Assembly (NCBI RefSeq): GCF_030684315.1
Contig: NC_081356.1
Span: forward strand, 101,537,242-101,601,241
Direction: 5' to 3'
Source of the DNA: Stegostoma tigrinum
Lineage: Eukaryota
Length of the DNA: 64,000 nucleotides
Position 1 is the stretch's first letter; every line of letters starts with the position of its first letter. Under the pieces are notes generated by a model. The model was not told the DNA's origin. It was given only the letters and a program-made list of their open reading frames with translations, and ran no database searches. Made by a program: the position numbers and the translations under genes. Positions 37,111-49,979 of this stretch are shown here, piece after piece.

Positions 37111-38083
37111 ATCAAAAAAGCTAGTCCAATGGCATTACCCAATGCCACTGTCTCCTTTCAACTGATGAGGATTAGACCAGGTCGGTTATTCTCTTGTGTT
37201 GGTTCACTCTCCGACTGCTGCAAGCTCAGTGGCAAACGTATCCTTCTGAAGAAGCCACTCTGGTGATAGACTTTTGAAGTTCCCCATGCAGATTATATTC
37301 TTTTCCCCTTCAGTGTTTCTTCCAGGTGATTTTCAATATGGAAGAAAACTGATTTATCAACTTGGGGCAAGACAGTACTGGTATTGAGCAAGAGGCTTCC
37401 TTGGTCAAGTTTGGCACGCTGCTGTGAGACCTCATAGTGTCAGATGGTGTGTTCAGCATTCCAGGGCCACCCTTTCCCTTCCTCCCATATCCTGCTCTCA
37501 GAGGCTTATAAAGTTAAATGGAAGGCCCATTAAATGTTCAAACTGTGACTGTTTTATTTGTCATTTTATAAATTTTGTTATTGTAGGAAGACAATTTTTG
37601 TAAAAATGTTTTGAAAATATTGAAAAGACAGAATCTTTTGAGAAACTAATGATGTTTTCAGTCTTTTGGTAAATAGAACTTAAACTAGCATTTGGAGACA
37701 AGCATGCCAGTTGGTGACCAGGGTGAACATAAAAACCTATGTGTGAATGTGTATCTGCTTGAAGTTGATAAAAACAAATGGAAAGAATACCTAATTACTA
37801 GTGGAATGCAATCTAAAGTCTAATGCAACTAGCACTTTTATGTCGACTTACTAAGTTCAAACTCAACTGTTGGAAAATAGAATCCTTACTCTGAATTGTT
37901 GTTTTGTTCTGAGGTGTAATGAAAGGAGTGTGCTTGGATTATCTTGCTTTCCAGGCAAAATTTTCTTGGGGGTGTAAAAGTATGGAAATTTGTTTTGAGC
38001 GCAATCAACACATATCATCAAAGAAGCGAAGAATGAATTGGTTCATATTACTTCAAACTCAGTTTTAAATCTGATGTTTTCAG

Positions 38084-38150
38084 ATTAATATCATAGAAGC
38101 TCAAAATGCAGAACACCAGGAGACATCGAACACTTCTGAAGAGAACCTAG
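38084..38150 (+). CDS. BDP1: BDP1 exon, phase 0->1
   Basis: ttttcAG acceptor and GTAAGT donor. Encodes INIIEAQNAEHQETSNTSEENL. Confidence 0.8.
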
Positions 38151-39984
38151 GTAAGTTTATTGCTGTCTTTTAAAACTTAATTGTCCATTTCCACTCATGT
38201 AAGTTTACTGCTTGAGCTTAAGATGGAGGGAGTAGTTAGCTATCATTGGGTCCAAATCATTTTGTTTAAAATACATTTACATTATGATTAAATACCACCA
38301 GCAAGGCTGGTATTTATTGTTCATCTCAAATATCGTTACGAAGCTCTTGAACTGTGATAAACACATATTGTAGCAGTTTATTACTTACTGTGTGTTTTAC
38401 TGGGGACTTCAAAGGGAAGTTAAGTGTTAACTACATTGGTTTGGGACTGCAGCCACCTCTAGCCTTGAGCAGATGAGGTTGTTCTTTTCCATTTTCTAAT
38501 GGAGCCAGTTATGATTTTATGTCATGATGATAGCTTCATGCTCATTTTTACTGATATTAGATCCTCTTCTGAATTTTTTTTCAAACTACCAAGTGAAGTT
38601 TAAATTCTCATATCCTGGATTACTGTGCTGCAATACCCATCATTAAGGAATTTATATTACATGCTATGTTTTCCTTTCAGATTTGTAAATGACATCTAGT
38701 GTTGTAGCTTTAACTGATGATTATGAAACGATTCTTTGTTTGACATAATGCATCAGAAAATTTTCGTTTTTTTGCGTGCTTAAATTGAATTGTCAGCTAT
38801 CTTTCATCTCTGAAATGATTGATCATTTCAGCTGCGCTCATGATTTTGAATATAAATAACCCAGGCTCTCTCTACCTCCACCTGATCTGCTTTCAAATAC
38901 CAGCTTTTAAACTTAAAAACTATAGGGGCAGTGAAATTTCTCCAATTCTTTAACTGAGGCCTTAACTGTCTTTGTGGATGTAAGAGTTTCCATGAACCTA
39001 TTGGAGAAAGTGTAAAGGAGGTCTTATAGTGTCCTAGACACAGACTGATCACTATTGTTGTGATTATCTGTCATGCCAAAATGGCCTCTGTGCATGTACA
39101 TGCACAAACACAGCCTATAATGTCACCAACAGGACAGACCACTGGAAATCTGTGCACTTGCCGCTGACATCACTATGTTCTGAACACAGTGATGTCAGCA
39201 ACAGCGCAAGCAGTGCTGCTGAGGGATCGAGGATGAATGGGGACAAGGGAGAGGCAGAGGTTGGTGCTAAAAAGGTGGAACTGGTGGGCGCAGCAACAAA
39301 CACCAGTTCCATGATTAGCAACAAGCAAGCATACCAGGTCCTAGCCTCTGTCACTGGAATGGAATTTGGAGAAGGATGGCAGTGGGAGCTAGGCTTCATT
39401 TTGTTCAGTGCCAAGGATAACTTGGAATGCTCTGCATACATTAAAAAAATTTGAAAATCGTCTGAAAACTTTGTCTAAATTTTCCACAACACATCTTAGT
39501 GACTGGCTTCCATTTTCTGTTGCTTACCAATGATGGTTTTCAACTAGTAATCACTGCTAAAGTTGTGAGCTATGTGGAAAGAATGACTTTTGCATTGAAA
39601 GGTGAAAGGGGATCTCAGAGAGTACAGAGTGGATAAACTTGCAATGTTATGAGCATACAACAGATAAATATTGGCCCATCCTGTTTCTTCTGTATAATTA
39701 TAATGCATTTTGCCTCATAAGACTTACATTTCAACCCCATTCCACTGTTGAAGCCTTGTCATCTGGGCTGATCACCATAGACAATTAGAATTCAGATGAT
39801 TGTTCTGGGCCCTAATTAATATCAATTCAAATTAACTTACAAATCTAGTGTAAGCAACAGTTTCAAAACATTCAAAGGCACATAATTATGGGGGCAAAAC
39901 CTCTGAATCATGGAGGATCAAGTTGATTCTTCAAATGCAGAGACATTATGCTCATTCTTATGGATGAACTAAGTGCCATTCAAT

Positions 39985-40582
39985 GTCCATCCTGGGCCTC
40001 CTGCAGTGCCACAACAATGCCACCCGAAGATTGCAGAAACAGCAACTCATATTCCGCTTGGGAACCCTGCAGCCTAATGGTATCAATGTGGATTTCACAA
40101 GCTTCAAACTCCACCCCCCACCCCCCCCCCCGCCCACCCACAACTGCATCCCAAAACCAGCCCAGCTCATCCCTGCCTGCCTAACCTGTTTTTCCTCTCA
40201 CCTATCCCCTACTTCCACCTCAAGCCGCACCCCCATTTCCTACCTACTAAGCTCATCCTGCTCCCTTGACCTTTTCATCCTCCCCGGACTGAACTATCTC
40301 CTCCCGACCTCCCCACCTACACTCACTTTTACTGGCTCCATCCCTGCCTCTTTGACTTGTCTGTCTCCTATCCACCTACCTTCTCCTCTATCCATCTTCG
40401 ATCCACTTCCCCCTGTCTCCCTATTTATTTCAGAAACCCCTTCCCCACCCCCATTTCTGATGAAGGGCCTAGGCCTGAAACGTCAGCTTTCCTGCTCCTA
40501 AGATGCTGCTTGGCCTGCTGTGTTCATCCAGCTCTACACCTTGTTACCTCGGATTCTCCAGCATCTGCAGTTCCTATTATCC
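39985..40582 (+). mobile_element. Penelope-like element 3' end including the GIY-YIG endonuclease C-terminus and a hammerhead core (40457-40484)
   Basis: RRLQKQQLIFRLGTLQPNGINVD resembles the end of PLE ORFs (R..EE..LI..LGT..P.G.N). Followed by pLTR and tail. Confidence 0.8.
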
Positions 40583-41035
40583 CTAATAAAATAGTTTGCT
40601 TTTCCTTTCTGCTAAGCTTTTTTAGAGAATAGGATCAATTTCACAAAAATATGCTTCAACTTTGCTGCTTCATTTAGTAGCAGTGCATACTGGAAACCTA
40701 CATGCCATGAATTTTTGCCTAATTTTACCCCTAATATGTTTTAGATAGTCTATACTTATGCCGTCATTGGAAGTTAAGGTTTGACACAATTGCTGAAGAC
40801 TTTGTAAATAGTTGAATAAGACAAATTAATGATTTGTAAATTATTGAAAGGATTTTATTACTGAAACTTCAGAAATTTTGTAAATGCTATCAAATTTGAT
40901 CCAGTAGTCATTCAAAGCTTAATTCTGGGTATCCTTTGTGTTTTATATGTGAAGTATTCAGTAACAACAGAAACAAGACAAATATGAAGTATTTTTGATA
41001 GAGGAACCAATTTGTTCAACTAGATATGTAGATGA

Positions 41036-41157
41036 GAGATAGTAGGAACTGCCGATGCAGGAGAATCTGTGATCACAAGGTGTTGAGCTGGATGAACACA
41101 GCAGGCCAAGCAGGAAAGCTGACGTTTCGGGTCGAGACCCTTCTTCAGAAATGCTTC
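41036..41157 (-). mobile_element. 122-bp Penelope terminus with intact hammerhead core (41121-41148) and 14-bp TSD
   Basis: Reverse complement reads CTGAAGAAGGGTCTCGACCCGAAACGTC. AGATATGTAGATGA at 41022 and 41158. Confidence 0.85.
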
Positions 41158-41473
41158 AGATATGTAGATGATTGCATTACCTTAAGTTTTCTCAAAGCAG
41201 CCTGTGTTTTCAGCCTAGTACTCATGGTAATTATTAAGAGGATCAGGTGTCAAACAGTGAACTTTTATTATTTTGCCTGTAGGCCCAGCTTGGAGGATTG
41301 ACAGATATGTAGCAATGTAAACTGTACCTTGCTGTGCCCATAATAATTGTCTTGTAGCCCTTTTTGAAAACTGTAGATGATTCATTGGGAATTCATTTGG
41401 AATTGGCCTATGACTTTCATTGTTTTGCACTTTCAGTTTAAATTCAGTGACCCTGTTGTTACTTTTGTTTTAG

Positions 41474-41666
41474 AGCACATGATGGAAATGGGAAATCCAA
41501 ATGAAGAAACATTTGTATTGACCCTAGTTGAGATACCAGTCTCCTCCTTAACGGATTATGATGCCTCTTCTGCTTCCTTCACTCCTGTCTCAGAAGGCAC
41601 CTTAACAGTGGTTGAACCAGTTCTTCCCTTGCCTACAGAAAATGTTGAAGTTAGTGAATCTGTGAG
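41474..41666 (+). CDS. BDP1: BDP1 exon, phase 1->2
   Basis: EETFVLTLVEIP matches recalled human EQAFILTLVEIP. ttttAG acceptor and GTAAG donor. Confidence 0.92.
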
Positions 41667-42627
41667 GTAAGCCCTTTATTTCCAGGATTGAGATGTAACT
41701 TGAGACTGTCTTGAATGGAAGACCTCTTATTTTTTAAACTGGGTCTGTTCGTTCTACTCTTGCCAATAAATGGAAACAGTGCCCTGGTAGCCACATAATC
41801 AAGTCTCCTCAGGATTTTATACATTTCGATAAGATTACTTTTTATTCTTCTAAACTCTGCTGAGTGTAGTCACAATCTGTTCGACCCTTCTTTATCAAGT
41901 AATCCCTTCATCCCAAGAGTGAATGCAATGTACCTGTAACTGCCTCAAATGCCATTACATCCTTTTCGAATAAGGAGATAAAAAAACTTAACCGTACTCC
42001 AACGCCCTGAACAACATTCACACTAACAATGAAAATGGCTTGGGCTGAAGAAATTATTTAAATTCAAACCACTGTCTTTAATCATTGAAGAAGGTGAACA
42101 GGCAATAGCTGCTTTAGCTGGTAATAGCTAGAGTGTACATATGTGGCGAGACTTCCTGGCCGTCTCATTCACCATGTCTAATTTGTTTATTTTCCAGTTT
42201 GGCGTTTTGCTTGATTTCCTAAGCTTACAGGAGTGGAAAAGCTATTATTGGCATCAATGTATTTTAGCTAGTTCTCAGTTTTAATATCAAAGATTGATTG
42301 ATTATATTTGATTGTATTAGCAGCAATATACATCAACTTATATGAATGTTTGCATTAATGATTGTAATATATAATTTGCACCATTGTGATCTCCAAAGAC
42401 AGAGAGCTTGCTTACTTCTCGGGTAGATGGTACACTTTAAGTTGATGCCTATGTTTGGCTGACACTGTTGAATTAAAAACTTTTTCTCCCTCTACTTTGC
42501 CCAGACTTATTTGCATATGATATTGACAATATCCAAGTGCTTCCAGCTGAGCATGCAACACCAAAGAAAATTACCTAAGTTTGCTAAGAGAAGAATGTAA
42601 GACAGTGAGACAGTTTTTGAACAGAAA

Positions 42628-42846
42628 AAACAAAGAACTGCAGATGCTGGAAATGAAAACAAACCCAGAAGTTGCTGGGTAAACTCAGCAGGTCTGGCAG
42701 CATCTGTGAGAGAAAGCAGAGTTCATGTTTCAGGTCTTCTTCAGAACCGAGAAGAGTCACTGGACTTGAAACGTTAACTCTCCTTTCTCTCCTCAGTGCT
42801 GCCAGATGTGCTGAGTTTTCCCAACAACCTCTGATTTTTGTTTTTG
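42628..42846. mobile_element. Older hairpin-shaped PLE-terminus element (third family, GAAACGTTAAC type)
   Basis: Imperfect inverted arms centred near 42745. Related pieces at about 24160, 33090, 42925, 52010, 61650 and 63350. Confidence 0.6.
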
Positions 42847-43220
42847 GACTAGCTTTTTTTAATCTAGTTAAGAGCTCGTGTAGATAGGGTGAATTTTGAG
42901 TGGTTTTTATCTACATTGAAAACAAAATGTTGTGGATGTTGGAAATTTGAAATAATAAGTAAAAATACTGCAAAACTCACCATTTTAGGAGAGATCTGGT
43001 AGCATATTTTGAAAGAAAAAGTTGGTTAATTTTTCAGGAAGATGAACTGAATTTTCATCCATCTGAAATGCTAACTCTGTTCTGTCATGCACTTTAAGCA
43101 GCTAATGGTTCTAAGTCCGCACAACCTTTGAAGTGACCATATTTATGATACAAACATTGTACATAGTACAAAAACATATATTTAAAGTATTTATTTTAAC
43201 CATTGTGCATCTACACGCAG

Positions 43221-43494
43221 CTCTGAACCACCAATGGAGGCACCCACAGTATCTAGCTTTTCAGATTCAGTGTCACATTCAGAAAATACACAACAACAAT
43301 GGAGTTCAAATGTGCCAAGATCAAATATAGGACAAATGCAGAGAAAAAGGAAAGCTCATGCTTTTGGTGATGAGCAAGATTCTCCAACTAAAAAAAGCCC
43401 AGCAATTATATCAATCAATGAGGAATCAACAGAAAAGGTTCAACTAAATGAAGGAATGGCTCAGTCAAAATTAGCCACCTTTACATCACCTGAG
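43221..43494 (+). CDS. BDP1: BDP1 exon, phase 2->0
   Basis: acgcAG acceptor and GTACA donor. Encodes SEPPMEAP...QRKRK...SPTKKSP...TSPE. Confidence 0.85.
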
Positions 43495-44426
43495 GTACAC
43501 TTTTTTTTCCTCTTTATATTAAGACTTTGAAGGAAGATTGACCTGCACTGTGGTTTATAGATGCAGTCTGTGAAATAGAGCTACTGGTGTTTGGTGAATG
43601 ATGTTTGACTAAACATGCTCTAAATGTTTTAGTTGGCTAGTTATTTTCCTCTTCCCATCAGTCTAGACTTGTGCCTTTGCTGCTCTGTGTGTGTGTGTTT
43701 GGTTTCTGGTTATATATCCACTTCAATGTGTCACCATCCACCTGAATGATCCTTTTTAATGGCTGCAGTTGATGTTGCTGTGACTGCATGGGTATATTTG
43801 TTGAACATGCAGTCACAGTGTCTGTGTTGCTACTGTCACTAAGACCACAAGTAGCTGCGTATTGTCGAAGAACAATATTTTGGATGGTTGTTGATTGCTG
43901 AGCCATTCCCAACCTTTTGCTGCCTTGCTCAACCACCCTGCTCACAGCCCCTCTTTCTCAACCACCACCGACTGTCCAAACCAGTGTTTATGAGATGCTA
44001 TAGAGCTGCACAGCACAATTCCTGCTCCACGTTTGGTAACACTTAGACTAGAGAATTGAACTCCAGCGCCTGGCATTATTACAGTGTAAGAGTACAGCAG
44101 TGTTAACTTGAATAACTAATGTGCAAGTAGATAGCTGCAAAGCTATTTTTCCATAGTATTTCCACAACAAGAAGGGACTGTTTATTTACATTGGTAAAGG
44201 GCTTCTAAAAATCAAGCACAACGATCCAGAATATTGAACTTCAGCTATACTTGATCAACTACCAGGCAAATTGGAAAAATGTTATCACTTTTCAGAATTG
44301 ATGAGCAAGAAATAAGCTCATTTCAGCAAGATACCATATGCCACAATACAGTAGTTGCTTCCTATTAATCTTCTGGCCTGTATTTCTTCTATTGAGTTTG
44401 GTAACTCTTCTATGTTTTTTGTGCAG

Positions 44427-44466
44427 GAATGTCCAGCAGCTGTTACAAGTGGAATATTAAATTCCA
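44427..44466 (+). CDS. BDP1: BDP1 40-nt micro-exon, phase 0->1
   Basis: ttttttgtgcAG acceptor and GTAAGT donor. Encodes ECPAAVTSGILNS and is required for frame. Confidence 0.8.
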
Positions 44467-45053
44467 GTAAGTCAGTTTTCTTATTTGAAGGATAATGACA
44501 GTATTTTTAGTGTTAGTAATAATTTTCATGTTGCCTTTCTACTGTTAAAAATTGTAAGGGAAGTATGATTGTCATGACCGGTTCTTTTTGATTGAACACC
44601 ATAACGACCTTACTTCTTCGAATCGTGTGCAAGTGTTTGAATCCTCTTTTAATGTGTAACCCTATTAATGTTAATGGATGTGAACTTGGGTAGATGTCAG
44701 TAGGAAGAAGCTGGCACATGGTTTCTTCTGCCCTAAACCTAACTTTGCATCTAGCTGCTAAATCCAGACTCTTCATATTCTGGTTGAATGATGCCCTTTG
44801 TTTCATCTGTGTAAGCTGTTTTTCACACTTTACTAAACTAGACAAAGTATTCCTTCCCCATAACTTCACTTCAGAAAAGAAGCACAATTTGCACCCCATT
44901 ATTTGTAATCAAAGCAGAAACTCCACCCAATTATGTTTTTTTTTAGATGATAACTCCATAGCATGCTGACACTGTGTTCATATTTGTGGGAGCCCATGTT
45001 TATGTTAACCATGTGTGGTCTATTTTGCAAGTATTCTCATTTGTTCTTCATAG

Positions 45054-45209
45054 GTGCTACTGAAATGAATTTTCAGTTGGAATCCAGAGAAGGCTTCATA
45101 TCTGTTACACGGGATAGCATTAGTAATCCTGTTCCTATTGAAACAGTGACTGAGACGCATTCTGAGTCACTTAAAGAAATAAAAAAGCCTAGTTCACGGA
45201 TAAGAAGAG
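45054..45209 (+). CDS. BDP1: BDP1 exon, phase 1->1
   Basis: tcatAG acceptor and GTACT donor. Encodes ATEMNFQLE...SSRIRR. Confidence 0.8.
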
Positions 45210-45763
45210 GTACTTAGCTAATTTCACAATGAATTGCTTTTATTGTATTTTTGCGTGGTGAACACTTACAGAAATGGGTTTACACAAGTCATTTGTTAAA
45301 CTTGAACAACAATACAGTTGAGAACTGACTTGATCCTGGTCATAACCTCTACATTATGTTGAACAGTTGGAGGATTACATTCTTGCATCCACTCATTTTT
45401 CTTAGTACTTCTGTTCAACTTAGCCCAATCCCCGGTCTTGATGAGTTTGCATTAAGCTTGTATTAACTACTAGTATTATTGACGTTAATCTGTTTGGAGA
45501 GTCAGACTGGATTTTTTTTTGCAGTCTCTGCAATTTATTTGATAGTTTAGTGCTGTGGTCTCACTCCTCCTTTTATACATGGTTTATTGATTTTTGTGCC
45601 AGAGTGCAGCTGTGACTAATTTAATGATTGATTTGATGACATTTTAAATGTAAACCTGCTTTGTGATATTCTGCACAATTTAGGAAGCATAGTTCTTAAG
45701 ATTTCAACCCATTGTTTAAAATTTGATTATTCCCTGTTTAACTTGGGTCTTTATACTTTCTAG

Positions 45764-46151
45764 GAAAACTCACTGTGAAACCTAATATTTCTACAAAGAG
45801 AGGTACATGTACTCTTGATACTAGCCTTCCCGGCAAAAGTAAAGACTCTTTGAAGCTTTCAAGAACGCCCAAAAATTCGCCTTCTGGAAAAAGTTTACAT
45901 GCTGAACCAGCATGTAATTTGTCAGTTGATATGGACTTTTCACAGCAAAAACTAGGATCTGCGTTCTGCAACCAGGATCAAACTGATGGCCAAATACATA
46001 CAGCTACCACTGAAGCAGGACATTCTGCAGAGACTTTGGCAGTAGATATACATGTGGGCGCAACAGTAAATAAAAATGTGGATATTTCAGCAGAGCAATC
46101 TGAAAGTAGTATGCAAGAAACACCTTCAACTTCTGGTACAAATCTGACAAG
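45764..46151 (+). CDS. BDP1: BDP1 exon, phase 1->2
   Basis: tttctAG acceptor and GTAAA donor. Encodes KLTVKPNIS...GTNLT. Confidence 0.85.
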
Positions 46152-46899
46152 GTAAAATTGGAAAAATATCACTTTGATATTTTCTACCCTGTATTACTGA
46201 ACATGGGTTTTACATATGAGGCTATCTTTGTGACTGATCTCTTTTGCACTAAGCTGCAACTGTTCTTAATCTGTAGCATTCTGAGTTTGCTACCGTAGAG
46301 TTAGGATTGCTCACATCTTCAGGAATGCTTTTTTAAGACTTGTATATTTGTAGATTACTGAATACAGCTGTCTTGTATAGTGTCTAATGCATGTTCTTCA
46401 CTTGTATCTCTCTCACCTGATTTTCTCGCTACCCCTCATATGTCAAACTAACATTATCAGTTACTACAGCATTTGCATAATCACATCTTCTATCTTCTCT
46501 CAAGTTTTCTCTTACTTCGTTCACATAATTCCAGCATAATGATGTTTAGCAACTTTATCGCCATCTCTTCACCACCTCAGCTATCCCTGTGTTGAAATCT
46601 CTTAGACCAGCATGACTTGGAACTCTATCACAACTTGATTCACTTGACTTCTGTGTAGGGGTGATTGTTCACTATCATTTATGAAAGTGCTGTACCATTC
46701 TATGTGACATTTGATGAAGTATGGTTGTCTCTGTCCCATACCCTGGTTTCGTCCTCCTTGGCTTGAGTAAGATTAGTGCCTTCCTCTTTCTTTTGAACAT
46801 TCCTTCTAGTGTGTGGACAAGCATGATCATGTTGATCTGCTCAATTAGTACTGTTCCCTCTGCTTGTCTTCCTGTAGTTGCCTGATCTAATTTCAAAGT

Positions 46900-47460
46900 C
46901 AGAGAGTCATACAGCATAGAAACACACCCTTCGGCCCAACTTGTGCACCTTGACCAGTTTCCTAAACTGAACTACCCTGAGTTGCCTGTGTTTTGGTCCA
47001 TATCCCTCTAAACCTTTCCTATCCATGTACCTGCTCAAATGACTTTTTACATCTTGCATTTGTACCCACCACTACCACTTCCTCTGGCAGCTCATTCCAT
47101 ATACATACCAACCTGTGTGTGAAAACATTGCCCCTCTGGTCCCTTTTAAATCTTATCCCCCTCACCTTAAACCTATGTCCTGTTGTTTTCGCCTGCCGTC
47201 CCCTGGGGAAAGGATGTTGGCTATTCACTTATCTATGTCCTTCATGACTTTACAAATCTGTACAATGTCATCCCTCAGCCTCCTACACTGCAGGGGAAAA
47301 AGTCCAGTCTACCAGCCTCTCCTTATACTCAAACCTTCCAGTCCTGGTAGCATCTTGTAAATCTTTTTGCACCGTTTCCAGTTTAATAACACCCTTCCTA
47401 TAGCAGGGCGCCCAGAATTGCACACGGTGCCCAAATGTGGCCTCACAATTACTTGTACAG
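46900..47460 (-). mobile_element. CR1 3' fragment
   Basis: Minus-strand ORFs with VRPHL, TTGHRFKVRG and WNELPEEVV. Confidence 0.8.
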
Positions 47461-48099
47461 TTACCAGTGGTTTTGCCCTAACTCTTGATTTATACCACAT
47501 TGATTGTTTTCTTCTGTGATCTTTTTCGATCTCTTTGACCTTTCCCTGGTTATGAGAAGATATGTTTAGCCTGAGATTGGACCTCATTTTATTCTTCTGC
47601 CTATTTTCATTCATTCATGTGAATGTGGGCATTGGTAGCTAGGCCAACATTTGCTGCGTATCCCTAATTATCCGGAAGAACATAATAGTGTGCAGTTACC
47701 TTCAACCATGACTTCGGGTGGATACACTTAGCAGCTTTGCTAGGAAAGGAGTACCAGAATTTTGACAGTGATTCAGCAGAAAATGTGATTATAGTCCCTA
47801 GTAAGGATGATGTGTGACTTGACGGGAGCTTTGGCGGTGTTGGTGTTCCCAAGTTTTCATGAGTGGTTCTGCCAGTGAATATCCATTGTTTCATTATTTT
47901 AATGTCGAGCTTAAGAGAGGCAAATTCTTGGGCATTAGTGACTTTACAGTTTTAACTGTGGTCTCTCCTCCTCTGTTTAACTGAAGATGAAGTGGAAACT
48001 TGCCAGTCATCAATATATGGCTCTGTAGTGAATATCTCGAATTTTTTTCACAAATTAAGCTCCTTTGACATGATGTAAACAATACCAAAAGAATGATTC

Positions 48100-48510
48100 A
48101 GAGATAGCAAGAATTGCGGATGCTGGAGTCAGAGTCAATACTGTGTGGAGCTGGAGGAACACAGCAGGTGGATGCTGGGAAGTTGTTTCCGTTAGGCGAG
48201 GGAGACTAGGACCTGTGGGCACAGCCTTAGAATTAGAGGGGGTAAATTTAAAACGGAAATGAGGAGACATTTTTTCAGCCAGAGAGTGGTGGGCCTGTGG
48301 AATTCGTTGTCACAGAGCGCAGTGGAGGCCGGGACATTAAATGTCTTCAAGTTGGGGATTGATAAATTCTTGATCTCAGAAGGAATCAAGGGCTGCGGGG
48401 AGAATGCAGGGAAGTGGAGTTGAAATGCCCATCAGCCATGATTAAATGGCGGAGTGGACTCGATGGGCCGAATGGCCTTACTTCCACTCCTATGTCTTAT
48501 GGTCTTAACA
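48100..48510 (+). mobile_element. CR1 3' end preceded by a short PLE terminus
   Basis: TRTCGHSLRIRG..FFSQRVVGLWNSL motif and (TATGGTCT)-like tail. Confidence 0.75.
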
Positions 48511-49396
48511 CTCTGTTAACTTTGAATACCACAAGAGTAATGTTAGATGCTATTTAAAATTGGTATGGATCCCTATGGTGCCTTGGTTAAACTTCTGATT
48601 CTCGATTTGGAAATTCTTTCAACTTGAAAGATTTCCATTAATGAGTACAACGTTCCTTGTTTAAAAGACAATTTTTTGCTTTAAACAGGAAATTTTATTT
48701 TTATTCAATGAATCCTTACCTGCGTTAATTATCTGATTAATTATTTAGACCAAACAGTACATACTGAACCTTTTTCTGTACTCTGGCCATGCTGACTAGT
48801 TCAAAAGGTTTTATCTGCGGACTAAATTGCTGTTTTGCATCACGGATTTGTGGAAGATTATAGTTGCCACACAGGAAATCCACGCTCTAGAGATATTGGA
48901 ATTGGCATGAACATGAGTTGTGAAGAGGAGAAAAGATGGTTTCAGTTTAATGTTTTGAGGCCTTGAACTCTAGTCTGTGGTAGACCTTACTCCATTGACT
49001 TGTTTTGTTCATATTAATGAAGGTTTTGTTTGCTTAATAATTTCTGAGGTATCTCATTGATAAACCAATTATTTACAGCTGTTCTGATTTGGTGACAATT
49101 TTTCTCTGTCCCGTAATTTAGTAACTTGCATCAACACTGTTTTTAAACTGATCTGTACTTTAGTGGTCAATAACGTTGGGAATCTGACTTAACTCACAAC
49201 TAGTGAAGTTTTTAATTTTAATATAATTGTGCAAAGTTTTATTTAACTTCAGATGTTTTACTTTATAATAATCATTTCAATTTGTACAATTTGTAGAGTT
49301 TTAATGCAGAGCATTCATATTCTCCTGTCATCGCACAATCCAAAAAAATAAATCAAATCGTTCAGCTACGATAATGAGCTTCTTGGTTTTCAATAG

Positions 49397-49649
49397 GCCT
49401 GGACGTAAACCACGAGGATTTTTATCATTTATATCTAAAAAACCCTCTGAGAATGAAAGTGAAACCAAACTGCAAAGAACAAAATTTCTGAAACCCCGTA
49501 TGAATCTTCCAAGGTTTGCTGGAAAAAGGCCAATTCCATCTGAGGAAAATCCTGAAGAAACAAAAATAAATACTTCACCTGTTGCAAAAGGAAAGTCATT
49601 TGAAAAGCCAGGTGGCCACCAACTTGACAGCAGAAGTATCCCAACTGAA
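49397..49649 (+). CDS. BDP1: BDP1 penultimate coding exon, phase 2->0
   Basis: RPGRKPRGFLSFISKK matches recalled human RPGRRPLGFLSLICSK. GTAAGT donor. Confidence 0.92.
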
Positions 49650-49979
49650 GTAAGTTACCCATTCTGCTTTTGACTTTCTTTTCCAACCCCACTCTGGGCT
49701 GTTCAGATGATTTTGTTAATATAGTTACTTGAAAGAAACTAACCAGTGGTGGGGGATGTGGTGGTCTCACATGATAGGAGATTCGGAAAGTTAAACTGAA
49801 AAGACAAAACAATCTTATGGATTAGCATTAGATAATTATAACCAGGGTGTGACAGGAAGGGAAAGACTATACAAGTGCATGTATTCACCAGCATATAAAG
49901 GTTACTGTAGAGAAAAATGGTAAAAGGATATCAGAGAAAGCTTAATGTTTGATTGGATGCAGCTTTCATTTAAAAAAAA

